Shown: piece by piece, positions 46,536-57,292 of the stretch
Numbering within the stretch: the first letter of the stretch is position 1
Layout of the letters: every line of letters starts with the position of its first letter
DNA from: Candidatus Bathyarchaeia archaeon
GTDB taxonomy: Archaea; Thermoproteota; Bathyarchaeia; 40CM-2-53-6
Reading direction: 5' to 3'
Assembly: GCA_050013255.1 (NCBI GenBank)
Contig: JBEKFP010000001.1
Location: 320,001-384,000 of the forward strand
DNA length: 64,000 bases
Program-made: the position numbers and the translations under genes
The notes under the pieces: model-generated
What the model was told of the DNA's origin: nothing
Databases searched by the model: none
The model's input: only the letters and a program-made list of their open reading frames with translations

Positions 46536-47753
46536 CTAAACCAGTTCCAGTTCCTTCTCGGTCTTGGTCAAGTTTTCCGCGCCCTTCGGCGTGATCAAGA
46601 CTGTGTCTTCGAATCTTACTCCGCCGTAGCCTGGGAGGTAAACTCCCGGCTCCACGGTCACCACATTTCGGTTCTCGAATCCTTTGTGGTTACCGAATGT
46701 TAGGTACGGACGTTCACCGATCGTGAGGCCTACCCCGTGTCCAAGCGTGTGAGTCATGCCTGAGGGCAAATTCGTCGCTTTGCCTCCGTAGAGGTCACGC
46801 ACAGTCCGGTAACCATGGCGCTCAATGATATCACACGCCTTGTTCATTGCTTGTTCCCCGGTTATTCCTTCGCGAAGATAATCTGAAGTCTCCGTCTGAG
46901 CTTCATGGACCGCCTCATAGATGCGCCTAGCTTTGGCGTCGGCGCGGCCTATGACGAAGGACCTTGTCATGTCACACCAATAGGAAGTTCCGGCTTGCGG
47001 GAAAATGTCGAAGATTATTAGCTTACCTTCCTTCAGTTTCTGTGTTGGAATGCCCATATTATGAACCGGAATTGCCGAGGCGCCTTGAGCAAAGATAGTG
47101 CCCTCCGGATCGCTGAGATGTTCCGCGAGAAGCCTCTGGGAGATTAACGACTTAACTGCTCCTATCGTCGCAGGTTTGCCGCCAAGGTTGAGACCGCCGC
47201 GTTTCCGCTTCATGTTTCTCATGACATCGAGTATGAACTCGACGACTCTACATGTGCTTCTGGCGACGCGACGCAATTCCTGAATCTCTTCGTCGCTCTT
47301 TGTCTCGCGTAGGGACTCGATTAGGCTTTGTGAAATGTCGCCCGTAACCTTGAAGCCCATACTCCTCAATTGATCTGCTATGCCAATTCCTGCGGTCAGA
47401 TCGTTACGCCCGGCAAGAACGACGCTGCCCTTGATTTCGTTGTCCGAGAGAATCTTAGCCAGCAACTGCGGGATGGCCTGAGCAGGACCATACTTCATGG
47501 TAAGTTCTTCCATGCCAAAATCGGTATAGGTATAGTAATTCCTCAATCTGCCATAATTCCTAGCAAGCTCGATGTCGAAATCCTTCACAATCAAAAAGGG
47601 TTCTTTGGAACGGCGTTTGAAAAAGTAGCCTCCTCTAGGCACAGCGCCCCCTATAACGTATGTCAGATCTGGATTTCCTAGTGTACTGTCCCCATAAACC
47701 AACACAGCTTCTATGTCCCGCTTCCCCATCTCTTCGTCCAATTTCTCAAACAT
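46536..47753 (-). CDS. M24 family Xaa-Pro peptidase
   Basis: IFDIF, CDMTR, HTLGHGVG, TVEPGVY, RFED. Confidence 0.9.
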   Translation of the reverse strand: MFEKLDEEMGKRDIEAVLVYGDSTLGNPDLTYVIGGAVPRGGYFFKRRSKEPFLIVKDFDIELARNYGRLRNYYTYTDFGMEELTMKYGPAQAIPQLLAKILSDNEIKGSVVLAGRNDLTAGIGIADQLRSMGFKVTGDISQSLIESLRETKSDEEIQELRRVARSTCRVVEFILDVMRNMKRKRGGLNLGGKPATIGAVKSLISQRLLAEHLSDPEGTIFAQGASAIPVHNMGIPTQKLKEGKLIIFDIFPQAGTSYWCDMTRSFVIGRADAKARRIYEAVHEAQTETSDYLREGITGEQAMNKACDIIERHGYRTVRDLYGGKATNLPSGMTHTLGHGVGLTIGERPYLTFGNHKGFENRNVVTVEPGVYLPGYGGVRFEDTVLITPKGAENLTKTEKELELV

Positions 47754-47985
47754 CGATGATCATCTAGAATCATTCTTCACTTAGAGAGTCGCGCCCTGCG
47801 CGTTCCTCTACACACCTTGTGTCAATGAAATAGATTAGGCAGTTAGTTGTCGGAGCTGAACGGCGGCCTCAATTCAAATTAGAGAGCACTCAGAGAAGAT
47901 ATACTGATTGGAGATTCCTATCTGATTCCTACTTTTGGTTATCTTAGAACACTCTTATTGAAGCTAAGAGTGAGTTGCGTGAAAA

Positions 47986-49227
47986 GTGAAATTCACATTG
48001 AAGGCGGTCAAGGCCGGGCTTCTCATAGATGGAAGTGGAAGGGAACCAATCAAGAACGGCGTAGTGCTAATTGATGGACAGAAGATCACTGAAGTGGGTC
48101 CCTCGTCTAAAGTGAATATTCCTGCACAAGCGGAGTTGTTAGATGGTTCGGACAAAGTTGTCATGCCTGGGATGTTTGACTGCCACTGCCATACGACCGT
48201 GAGCACTCTAGATCTCATGAAAAGGATATTCACCACCAAGACGATGGATATTCTGAAAGCTGCGGATATACTGAAACGCACACTTCATGCCGGAATTACT
48301 ACGGTGCGAGACGCTGGCGGTCATGATGATGTTGGTTTTCGTCAAGCAGTGGAGACGGGCATCGTAGAGGGGCCGAGGCTCGTTCTCTCTGGTGCGATTG
48401 CCCAGACGGGCGGACACCTGGATGGATACTTCCCTCGAGGCATCGAGCTGCCATTCTCCGCGGGGTACGTGGTAGGACCGGAGATGGCAGACGGAGTGCC
48501 TGGAGTTCAGGCTGCGGCGCGTCGAATTCTGCGTAAAGGATTCGATTTCATCAAGGTATGCACGAGTGGAGGAATTGCTTCACCTACTGACTTACCGCAG
48601 TATACCGAATGGACTATCGAGGAGCTGAAGGCAATTGTGTACGAAGCATCTGCCCGTGAAAAGGCGGTTATGGCTCACGCTGAAGGCACTCAAGGGATAA
48701 AGAACGCTATTCTTGCCGGTGTGTGGTCCGTTGAGCATGGTAGTATGATGGACGCCGAAGCGATCAAGATGCTCGTCGACACCGGAACTTACCTCGTTCC
48801 TACTCTTCTAATCATGGATAGACTCGCTAACGAAGGAAGAACCTTTGGCCTTAATGACATTGCTATGGCGAAGGTCGAAGCGATCAGTAGAGTGCACTTT
48901 GAGAATTTCCGCAAGGCTGCCAAAGCAGGCGTCAAAATCGCAACGGGCACCGATATCATCCACGATTCATTACATGGCACGAATGCCCGAGAGCTAGAAC
49001 TTATGGTCCGTTATGGCTTTACGCCGATGCAGGCTATCGTTGCTGCGACGAAAAATTCTGCCGAGGTGTGCCGTGTGAGCGATAAGGTCGGCGTGCTAGA
49101 GCCTGGAAAACTGGCAGACATTCTGGTAGTAGATGGAAATCCCCTTGAGGACATTGCGGTCTTACAGGATAAGGCCCGGCTGAAACTTGTTATGAAAGCT
49201 GGGGAAGCCTACGTCAATAAATTGTGA
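47986..49227 (+). CDS. Amidohydrolase family protein (Xaa-Pro dipeptidase-like subgroup)
   Basis: DCHCH, AGITTVRD, IKVCTSGG, AHAEG, VEHG, GTD, GKLADILVVDGNPL. Confidence 0.88.
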   Translation: MKFTLKAVKAGLLIDGSGREPIKNGVVLIDGQKITEVGPSSKVNIPAQAELLDGSDKVVMPGMFDCHCHTTVSTLDLMKRIFTTKTMDILKAADILKRTLHAGITTVRDAGGHDDVGFRQAVETGIVEGPRLVLSGAIAQTGGHLDGYFPRGIELPFSAGYVVGPEMADGVPGVQAAARRILRKGFDFIKVCTSGGIASPTDLPQYTEWTIEELKAIVYEASAREKAVMAHAEGTQGIKNAILAGVWSVEHGSMMDAEAIKMLVDTGTYLVPTLLIMDRLANEGRTFGLNDIAMAKVEAISRVHFENFRKAAKAGVKIATGTDIIHDSLHGTNARELELMVRYGFTPMQAIVAATKNSAEVCRVSDKVGVLEPGKLADILVVDGNPLEDIAVLQDKARLKLVMKAGEAYVNKL

Positions 49228-49316
49228 AATTCATCAGCCGGATATCTTGCTTACCGTACTTCCATTGTCTCTTTCCCAACTCAACTTCTAAGCCATAGTA
49301 GTTACGTGGAAGACTA

Positions 49317-51401
49317 TTGTCAAAACGAGGAAGAATGCTCGACCAGGTCCTAGCGGAAGTTTCGCTAGAAGCCTCAGGAGCGAATGCGAAGCAAAGTGTC
49401 GAGCAAATATGCAAATACCATAGGATACAGTCCAGCCCAGGTATTCACGATGCGGCAAAATGCTGCTTGGATATCTTTCGCATGCATGATCTCGATGGAA
49501 GAATCCTGAGCTACCCGGCAGACGGAAAGACTCCCTACGGAACGGTACCTGCGCAGAAGGAATGGTCGATATTCGATGCTGAGCTCAGAATCATCGAACC
49601 CAAGGCGTTCTCAAAGACACTTTGCAGTTTCAATGAAAATAAGCTGTCGATAGTACAAAGAAGCTGCTCAACACCTCAAGACGGAGTCGCGTGTGAGCTC
49701 GTCGCTCTTGAGAGCGGAGAGGAGGCCCGTGAATACAGGGGTCTGGATCTTCGGGAAAAAATCGTTCTGGCCTCTGGAGACATTGAGAGAGTTCACTCCC
49801 TTGCAGTTCAAGAGCACGGAGCGATAGGAATCGTAACGGACCGAATTACCCCGATCCCACCGATCAGAAAGAGAACTGATCTTTCTGAGACACGGCAATA
49901 TGCGAGCTTCTGGTGGTATGAGCACCAAAGGCGATGCTTCGGTTTCGTTATCACCCCTAGACAAGGAGACGAATTAAGAAAACTGGTCAGCAGTCAACGA
50001 ATGAAGAACCCAGTCAAGCTTTTCGCCAAAGTCAATGCACACTTCCAAAACGGAAGAACGGAGAACGTAACTGCCGTGATCGACGGCAAGACAACTGAGG
50101 AGGTACTTCTTGTCGCCCACCTGTGTCACCCACAGCCCTCTGCAAACGATAATGCCTCAGGCTGCGGAACGGCCATTGAAGTTGCACGAACTCTGAGGAA
50201 GCTAATCAAAGAAAAGCGCCTGCCAAAACCTAGGCGGAGAATAAGATTTTTGTTAGGCCCAGAAATGACCGGGACCCGCACCTTCTTGGCCAGCAAGCCG
50301 TCGTCTAGAATCGTGGCCGCTATCAACTTGGATATGGTAGGCGAAGACCAAGACATTTGCAAGAGCTCAATGCTCATAGAGTCTCCTCCGAAATCAACAC
50401 CCACATACGGTGTTGACTTACTGGAAAACATCCTTGAACACATGTCCGCCGAAGCAGGAAACCTGTACGGAACATCGCGTTTCGCTCTCTTCAGACATGC
50501 AGTAGTCTCATTCTCCGGGGGAAGCGACCACGAAATTCTCTCCGACCCCACAATTGGAATCCCATGCCCAATGCTCACACAGTGGCCTGACAAATACTAT
50601 CACACATCTGACGACACAATCGATAAAGTGGATCCAAAGATGCTAGAGCGGGCCGCCATCCTTACAGCAACATACGCATATTTCATCGCAAACTCAAGCC
50701 TGCAGGAAGCAATTTGGTTAGCACATGAATCATTCGCACGCTTCAAGAGAACACTAACCCTTTCCCTCCAAGCGAAACTCACCAAGTTCTTGGACAATCA
50801 CACAACCTCGACCATGGAAAACGTTGAAGGCCAAGTAGAAGAGTTCATCAATTATTTGGGCAAATACTCGAACTACATGGCTTCGACACATGCGGAGTCA
50901 ACCAAAGCGATAATGGGACTTGTTGAGAAAAGGCATAGCAAGGAATTCTCACGCGATTTAGCCCATCTGGAATCGGAGACACATGCTTTTGCAGAGAAAG
51001 AAAAACAAGAAACAATTGTCGCGCTTCGACACCTGATTCCGAAACCTGGGAGCTCGCGGAAATCATCAACCGGGAGACCTAGAATTTCACTCTATGAAAA
51101 GAGCGCGATGAAGACCGTTCCTAAACGGCTTTTCCCTGGACCAATCGAATTCTGGTCATTCAGATTTCTGATGACCAGACTTCCGAAAAAGTATTGGGAG
51201 GATCTTTGGGCTCTCAAGAAGAGGTTGAGAGCACACCAAACTGAAGTTCTGCCTGCCCTCGCTGTCTACTTGGTCGATGGGAGAAGAACCCTAAAGGAGA
51301 TATCAGACTTGGTTTACTTTGAGACCGGCAAGCACGCCTTGGAAGAACTCGTGAGCATTTTCAGGCTCTTGGAGAAAGCGAAGCTAATGGAACGTGTCTA
51401 A
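49317..51401 (+). CDS. DUF4910/M28 aminopeptidase-like protein
   Basis: AHLCHP..ANDNASG, PEMTG, NLDMVG, GSDH, YHTSDD; C-terminal DGRRTL.EI. Confidence 0.85.
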   Translation: MSKRGRMLDQVLAEVSLEASGANAKQSVEQICKYHRIQSSPGIHDAAKCCLDIFRMHDLDGRILSYPADGKTPYGTVPAQKEWSIFDAELRIIEPKAFSKTLCSFNENKLSIVQRSCSTPQDGVACELVALESGEEAREYRGLDLREKIVLASGDIERVHSLAVQEHGAIGIVTDRITPIPPIRKRTDLSETRQYASFWWYEHQRRCFGFVITPRQGDELRKLVSSQRMKNPVKLFAKVNAHFQNGRTENVTAVIDGKTTEEVLLVAHLCHPQPSANDNASGCGTAIEVARTLRKLIKEKRLPKPRRRIRFLLGPEMTGTRTFLASKPSSRIVAAINLDMVGEDQDICKSSMLIESPPKSTPTYGVDLLENILEHMSAEAGNLYGTSRFALFRHAVVSFSGGSDHEILSDPTIGIPCPMLTQWPDKYYHTSDDTIDKVDPKMLERAAILTATYAYFIANSSLQEAIWLAHESFARFKRTLTLSLQAKLTKFLDNHTTSTMENVEGQVEEFINYLGKYSNYMASTHAESTKAIMGLVEKRHSKEFSRDLAHLESETHAFAEKEKQETIVALRHLIPKPGSSRKSSTGRPRISLYEKSAMKTVPKRLFPGPIEFWSFRFLMTRLPKKYWEDLWALKKRLRAHQTEVLPALAVYLVDGRRTLKEISDLVYFETGKHALEELVSIFRLLEKAKLMERV

Positions 51402-51526
51402 TGCGGTCACCTTTTTTCTATCTCAGTCATTCATTAACGATTCAAGCAATCGTCATACTCAGTTTGAGAACAAGGCGCATACTAGTCTTGACTGAAAAAA
51501 GGGGGAAAGGAGAAATGTTTTCGAGT

Positions 51527-53557
51527 TTACGAGGTCTTGTAGGAGTAGCAGGCGATATAGTATGTGTCGAGCGCCGGGTTGTAGTAGTACCCTTGCAGGA
51601 AGGATGACCTGACAGCAAATCGCAGGGGATAGAAGAGCAGGAGATACATTACCTGTTCGTTGGCGAAGGTTTCCATCTGATTGTTGATTTTGACAAGTGC
51701 TTGCGTGTCGCCGCGATGGTCGGCATCAACAGCTTCTTTGTAGAGTTGGTTTAGGGTCGTGTAGTTGTTTTGAGCATTGGTTGTATACCAACCAGTCGCC
51801 GGAAACGCTGGGGCTAGCCAATCTATCACATGGTTGTAGTCTGCAATCCACCCACCCCAGTACAGATAGATCTGATGCTTCCCAGCCAGGGTGTATTCTG
51901 TGCCATGAGGGACGGGAACGACCGTGAGTGTCAGGCCGAGCTTATCTCTTATGGAGATACGGTTTATGTTCCCTGCAATTGTGGACAATATCCTTTGGTC
52001 AAGTACGTCAGCAGCGGAAATGTACATTTCGATGGTTTGCGGGTTATTGGAGCCGAATGAATTGTCGATTGTTCCAACGGGATATGGGTGACCGTTAAAG
52101 TCTACGAAGTTCGTCAGGGGAGTCTTCTGAGCGTCGAGAAGCAACTGCTCTACCTTAGCTAGATCGTAGCTGTAGATTGGTTGGACCGATGGATCCCACG
52201 AACCTGCTGGGAAGTTTCCGGGAGAGATTGCCTCGTTAGCGACTTGTCCCAGTTTGTTGTTAATGTTAATGTTGGCGTCTGTGAGGTTGACAGCATCTGA
52301 TAAAGCGAGTCGGAACCTGATGTCCGCGAATGGCTGAAACTTCCGAATCTGGCCTGCCGTGTCGGTTACGTTCGTTTCGAAATTGAACCAAGTAGTCGCA
52401 GTTGGCAGGAAGGGCCCATAGACCGTGACGCCTGGGACCGCTGAGACAAGAACTCCGTTGTTCAACCATTGGTCTCTGTCGGCTATCGAGTAAATGTCTG
52501 ATGAGGTCACTTGTATACCAGTCGCCTTGCCGGCCTTTAGATCAAGGATTCGCGTCGATAGGTCAGGAACGTAGAGGTAGTCAACAGTCTGTAACGACAT
52601 TGATATTGATGGGCCTTTCCAGTTCTTTGGTCCACCCCAGTAGGTCGGGTTCGCCTTCAGAACTACCTCGTAGGTTGTTGGATTCACGCTATCGATATAG
52701 TAAGGTCCCGTGCCCGCCTTTGCCCCTTTGTCCGGCAGATTGAGGTAGTTCATCGCTACCTCTCCATGCCCTGCTATGTGATTGAAGTAAGCCGTGTAGT
52801 CGATGTCGTCGGGACCGCAGGCAGTCGTCTTACATGCAGAGGCGAAGTCATGTGAAACAACGAACGAAGGCGACACTATGTCTGCAGCCGATTCAAACGA
52901 AATCAACAATTCGAATTGGGTCGTTGGATTCTTGATGTTCACATTGAAAGTATAAGGGTCGATGACTTGAATGAAGTTCTGGTTAAGAACCGTCTGCACC
53001 CAAGTGGGGTCGTAGGACGGACTGCCACCTGTACCACTGAATAGTGAACTGTCAAGCAGCTGCTCAATAATCCACGCTGCTTGGGTTCCGTGACTTCCTG
53101 TGCCTGAAGTACCATCCATGATCAGAAGCCTATTGAAGGTGAACCAAACAGCCTTGGCGTTGAAGGGCGTGCCGTCTTGGAAGGTTATGCCCTGTCTTAG
53201 CTTGAACTGGTACTGGGTAGGCCCAAGCTTCTGATAACTGTCAGCCAGCCATGGGATTATTTCTGTGGTGCTGTTCGCATTGTACCAGAGCAATTTCTCA
53301 TAGACGTTGCTCAGGATGTCTGCGTCAGTGATGTAGTATGAAACGGCCGGGTCAAGCCACTGAAACGAGTTTCCTGATTCGAAAACATATGTGTTGGATT
53401 TCACAAAGTCCGGAACTTGAACACTCGGACCAGTTGGACCAGTCGGAACAGGTGCACGTGTGTTATAATAGTAGACCGCCCCGATCAGCCCTGCAAAGAG
53501 AACGATTACTATCAGAGCTAGTGCAGATGTGGTTTTTGAAATAGCTTTCGTGTTCAT
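51527..53557 (-). CDS. Family 5 (peptide) ABC substrate-binding protein with class III signal peptide
   Basis: KA/IS plus hydrophobic N-terminus; LDPA, VYEKL, F.DGTPFNA, GTGPY. Confidence 0.9.
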   Translation of the reverse strand: MNTKAISKTTSALALIVIVLFAGLIGAVYYYNTRAPVPTGPTGPSVQVPDFVKSNTYVFESGNSFQWLDPAVSYYITDADILSNVYEKLLWYNANSTTEIIPWLADSYQKLGPTQYQFKLRQGITFQDGTPFNAKAVWFTFNRLLIMDGTSGTGSHGTQAAWIIEQLLDSSLFSGTGGSPSYDPTWVQTVLNQNFIQVIDPYTFNVNIKNPTTQFELLISFESAADIVSPSFVVSHDFASACKTTACGPDDIDYTAYFNHIAGHGEVAMNYLNLPDKGAKAGTGPYYIDSVNPTTYEVVLKANPTYWGGPKNWKGPSISMSLQTVDYLYVPDLSTRILDLKAGKATGIQVTSSDIYSIADRDQWLNNGVLVSAVPGVTVYGPFLPTATTWFNFETNVTDTAGQIRKFQPFADIRFRLALSDAVNLTDANININNKLGQVANEAISPGNFPAGSWDPSVQPIYSYDLAKVEQLLLDAQKTPLTNFVDFNGHPYPVGTIDNSFGSNNPQTIEMYISAADVLDQRILSTIAGNINRISIRDKLGLTLTVVPVPHGTEYTLAGKHQIYLYWGGWIADYNHVIDWLAPAFPATGWYTTNAQNNYTTLNQLYKEAVDADHRGDTQALVKINNQMETFANEQVMYLLLFYPLRFAVRSSFLQGYYYNPALDTYYIACYSYKTS

Positions 53558-53780
53558 TTAGAAATTCTCCTAGGGTTGCAACGAAGAACCAGCTATTGTA
53601 ATTTTGCATTGTACACTACATACAACACTTAGCGTGCGTGCTACCCCACTACTAGTACTTGCTAGCCAACTAGTAGTTCGATTAGCCGACCAGCTCCACG
53701 AATAGTGCCGTCCGCTAGCCGAAATTAGCGCATTCATTCAATGAAGATGCTACTGAGGACGTAATCTTCGCTGAGCTGTC

Positions 53781-54944
53781 TTACAACTGAAACAGTTTTC
53801 TATCAAAATTGGTCAAGAACTCAGTTTTTCGAGACCCTACCAGGACCATGTCCTCTACACGTAGATAGTATTCACCGGCGCGCCAGATCTTGGGTTCCAA
53901 GGCTAAGACCATGTTCGCGTGGAGGGATTCTTTGTATGAGGGGTTTAGCCAAGGAAGCTCATGACATTCGACACCAATATTGTGACCGACCTCCTGCGTC
54001 GTGAGACGTGCACGCAAAGTGTCCCCGTACCCAAGCCTATCCATAGTTTTCTCATAGGTTGGATACACATCGCACACTCTCATGCTCCCATCATGCATTT
54101 TCTCCACTGTCTCAATTAGCCCCTGGTGCAACGCTCCGTATCCTTTCTCCGCATCCTCATTTGCGGAGCCAAAGTAGAAACTCCTCCCATAATCAGAGCA
54201 GTACCCATCCATTACGAAACCGAAATCAAAGGCGACCGAAGTACCTGGTTCCAATCCCTTCTCCTTTGGGTATGTGCAAGCATTCGTATAGTAGCCGGGC
54301 GGCAATTTCTCAGAACCAGACTTCACGAAACCTGCTAAGAACGGAAAGGAAACGTGAGTAGCCCCTAACTGTCGACCTAGGAATTCTGTTTCTAGTTGGA
54401 GTTCTCCCTGAGTGACTCCGCGCTTAACTTTGGGAAGGAGGTTCTCCATTACCTTATCAGTGAGATTAGCAACTTTTCGGAGTCGATCAATCTCTCCAGG
54501 GTCTTTGATCATTCTAAGATTGTCCATCAAGGATTCTGCTCTGTGAAAGCTGGCGCCTTTTGCGTACTTCGAGAGTTCTGCTACTGTAGACCCCCAAACA
54601 TGGTCACCCAATCCCACTCGATTTGTTTTGATATCCAAGTCGGAGAGTACGGCGGCAACCAACTTGCCATAATCCCCCTCCCTCTTCAACACTCTGACGT
54701 CTTTGATGGTAGTTTTCTGAGATTGCTCTGAAAATACTTCATCCAAGGTTAAGATCGGTGAGCCTTCTCTCGCTACGAATACGTTGTTGGCTGGACTTTC
54801 GAAATCAATTCCGCTACGCCAATCAATCAAGAGCCCCGTCAGATATTGAAAGTTTTGACACGAGCCGTAGACAACGATGTCAAGGCCTTCTTCTGCCATC
54901 TTTTTCTGAAGGCCAGTTACTCTTCTGTTGAAGTCTAAGCTCAT
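53781..54944 (-). CDS. M24 family Xaa-Pro peptidase
   Basis: AFDFG, SDYGR, GHNIG, ALEP, RVED. Confidence 0.88.
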   Translation of the reverse strand: MSLDFNRRVTGLQKKMAEEGLDIVVYGSCQNFQYLTGLLIDWRSGIDFESPANNVFVAREGSPILTLDEVFSEQSQKTTIKDVRVLKREGDYGKLVAAVLSDLDIKTNRVGLGDHVWGSTVAELSKYAKGASFHRAESLMDNLRMIKDPGEIDRLRKVANLTDKVMENLLPKVKRGVTQGELQLETEFLGRQLGATHVSFPFLAGFVKSGSEKLPPGYYTNACTYPKEKGLEPGTSVAFDFGFVMDGYCSDYGRSFYFGSANEDAEKGYGALHQGLIETVEKMHDGSMRVCDVYPTYEKTMDRLGYGDTLRARLTTQEVGHNIGVECHELPWLNPSYKESLHANMVLALEPKIWRAGEYYLRVEDMVLVGSRKTEFLTNFDRKLFQL

Positions 54945-55126
54945 AGCCTACCTACGCGCCCCTCATTCAGATGAGCTAAGAACTTTCCGAATATATTCTG
55001 CCGGGCTGATTTTCTATCAGAATTATGACCGAGAGGCGTTGCCAATCCGAGTTTTGGCACCGGCTTGAACACACAAACTGGGACACCGTTCGACTTGAAC
55101 TTGAATACCGCTCCGCCTCACCGCGC

Positions 55127-56098
55127 CTACAGTTTGATTTCAATCCCGGCACTTTCGCGTAGAGCGGATTTGTAAATCGTATTAGCAGCGGCCACATCTT
55201 CCACGGCGATGCCGACAGACTTGAACAACGTTATCTGTTGAGCATTTGTTCGTCCAGCTTTCTTACCAGCAATTACCTCTCCGATTTCCCCGCTAATTTC
55301 ATCTACCTTGTAACTGCCTCTCGACATAGCTTCAATCAGGTCGCCGGACTCTTTAGTCGCTTGTTCAATCGAATCCACGAAGACCTTAGACCTTCGAAAC
55401 AATGCTACGTCAAGTTCTCGTCGAGAGGGCATGTTGGACCCGATTGCATTAATGTGCGTCCCCGGGTTTACCGCAGAGGCATCGAAGAGAGCCTGATTTG
55501 AGGTTGTAGCAGTTATTAGAACATCAACATTCTGCACAACCTCATCGGGGGATGAGGCAACCTCAAGGGCCACCTTGAATCGGTCGAGAGCTATTCTGCG
55601 CGCCTTCTCCGCTTGCTCGCTCTTCACATCGTATACGTACCCGCTCTGAATTCTGAGAACATGGCTGATTGCCTCAAGCTGTCCGAGTCCCTGCACACCG
55701 GCCCCCAGCAATCCTAAGTTCCTTGAGTCTTTACGAGCCAAGTACTTCGTGGCCACCGCAGATGCTGCACCAGTTCTAAGTTGAGTAAGCCGGTTAGCAC
55801 TCATCACGCATAACAGAGATCCATCTTGGTCGAATAGCATTACGACAAAATAGGTTCCTTCAGGCGTTCTCTTACCTGCGCTTCCTGTGAGTACCTTCAA
55901 GCCAGCCGTATTCAATTCTGGTAACGCAGCGAGCATGACGCGAAGCGTACCGGGTGTTCCGGGACGGTCCATCTGGTATCTCGGCGGCATTAATGTCGTC
56001 TTTTCACTGTATTGTTTGAGCGCCATCTCAACATCAGCAATTATCGAGTCTAAACTGGCGAGTTTTGATACGGCCTTCTCGTCTAGTATTAGGACCAA
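55127..56098 (-). CDS. Ornithine cyclodeaminase/mu-crystallin family protein
   Basis: LTQLRTGAAS, GAGVQG, HINAIGS, FKSVGIAVEDVAAA. Confidence 0.9.
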   Translation of the reverse strand: MVLILDEKAVSKLASLDSIIADVEMALKQYSEKTTLMPPRYQMDRPGTPGTLRVMLAALPELNTAGLKVLTGSAGKRTPEGTYFVVMLFDQDGSLLCVMSANRLTQLRTGAASAVATKYLARKDSRNLGLLGAGVQGLGQLEAISHVLRIQSGYVYDVKSEQAEKARRIALDRFKVALEVASSPDEVVQNVDVLITATTSNQALFDASAVNPGTHINAIGSNMPSRRELDVALFRRSKVFVDSIEQATKESGDLIEAMSRGSYKVDEISGEIGEVIAGKKAGRTNAQQITLFKSVGIAVEDVAAANTIYKSALRESAGIEIKL

Positions 56099-56221
56099 CC
56101 TGGATCCCTAAACCGGACGCTTAGCCAAGGGCTCCGTCCTTTAACGCTTTGGGCTCTCGAAATCAACGGAAGCAATTATTAGCTGACGCCGTTAAGGCGA
56201 AAAACCTGAAGGGTACCATGC

Positions 56222-57160
56222 ATGGTCGCGAAACTGCACGGTATGTGCGCCATCTTGGCGACGCCATTCGATTCTCAAAAGAAGATTGATGAGAAAAGCC
56301 TCAGGTCGTTAATTGATTTTGAACTAAAGGCAGGCGTCCATGGCGTTACCATCCTGGGCCTTCTGGGGGAAGTGTTACGATTGTCTGATGTTGAGAGAAG
56401 TGAAATCACAAGGATAGTACTAGATGAAGTTCGCGGACGTGTCCCCGTGGTGTCCGGAACAGGCGCGTCGGGTACGGATCTCGCAATAATGTACAGCAAA
56501 GAAGCGGAAAAACTTGGCGTCGACGCCGTTATGATTGCCCCACCTAGGTTAGCCAAACAGAATGATGATGCACTCGTCAATTATTACAATGAGATTGCAA
56601 AAGAAATCAACATCCCAATAGTTGTCCAAGACGAACCAATGACATACGCTGTTCACATGTCACCCAAGCTGATCGCTCGTTTCTCCGAGATTGGGGGAGT
56701 TGACTACATCAAATTGGAAGACCCGCCAACGCCAATCAAAATATCTCAAATTCGAAGCTTAACCGATGACCGTTTAGGAATTTTCGGAGGCCTTGGTGGA
56801 CTATACGCGTTTGAAGAGCTTTCGAGAGGGGCCGTTGGCGTTATGACTGGTTTCGCCTACCCCGAAGTCCTCGCGAGCGTCTGCGAAGCCTTTTCGAGAG
56901 GAAAACGCGAAGTTGCACGCGACTTATTCTACCGCGCTCTCCCGTTGATTAGGTACGAAGCTCAACCAATGGTTAGCCTTGCAATCAGAAAGGAGATCTT
57001 CAGAAGACGCGGCTCAATCAAAGACTCAATAATGCGTGAACCAGCAACTAAACTGGACCAAGAAAGTTTCAAAGAAATTGATGAACTATTGGCTGGAATT
57101 AACATAGACGAGCTACTGGCAACATCCAAGAAAGTAGCAACCGGTAAAACCACCGCTTAA
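56222..57160 (+). CDS. Dihydrodipicolinate synthase (DapA) family lyase
   Basis: ATPFD, LGLLGE, VVQDEP, Schiff-base YIKLED. Confidence 0.88.
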   Translation: MVAKLHGMCAILATPFDSQKKIDEKSLRSLIDFELKAGVHGVTILGLLGEVLRLSDVERSEITRIVLDEVRGRVPVVSGTGASGTDLAIMYSKEAEKLGVDAVMIAPPRLAKQNDDALVNYYNEIAKEINIPIVVQDEPMTYAVHMSPKLIARFSEIGGVDYIKLEDPPTPIKISQIRSLTDDRLGIFGGLGGLYAFEELSRGAVGVMTGFAYPEVLASVCEAFSRGKREVARDLFYRALPLIRYEAQPMVSLAIRKEIFRRRGSIKDSIMREPATKLDQESFKEIDELLAGINIDELLATSKKVATGKTTA

Positions 57161-57292
57161 GGGCTGAAGCCTCTCAGTTGATGTGTGGCTCTGAACAAGC
57201 CTCGTGCATACCCACCGAACAGAGGCTGTGCAAGACGACGCGTTTTCGTTTTAACGAAAGGCAATTTACATTCACAGCACAAGCATTAGCCT

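Noticed and set aside
53648-53677. 9-bp inverted repeat ACTACTAGT/ACTAGTAGT
   Set aside because: Single, low-complexity hairpin; cannot be distinguished from chance or an ordinary terminator or operator.
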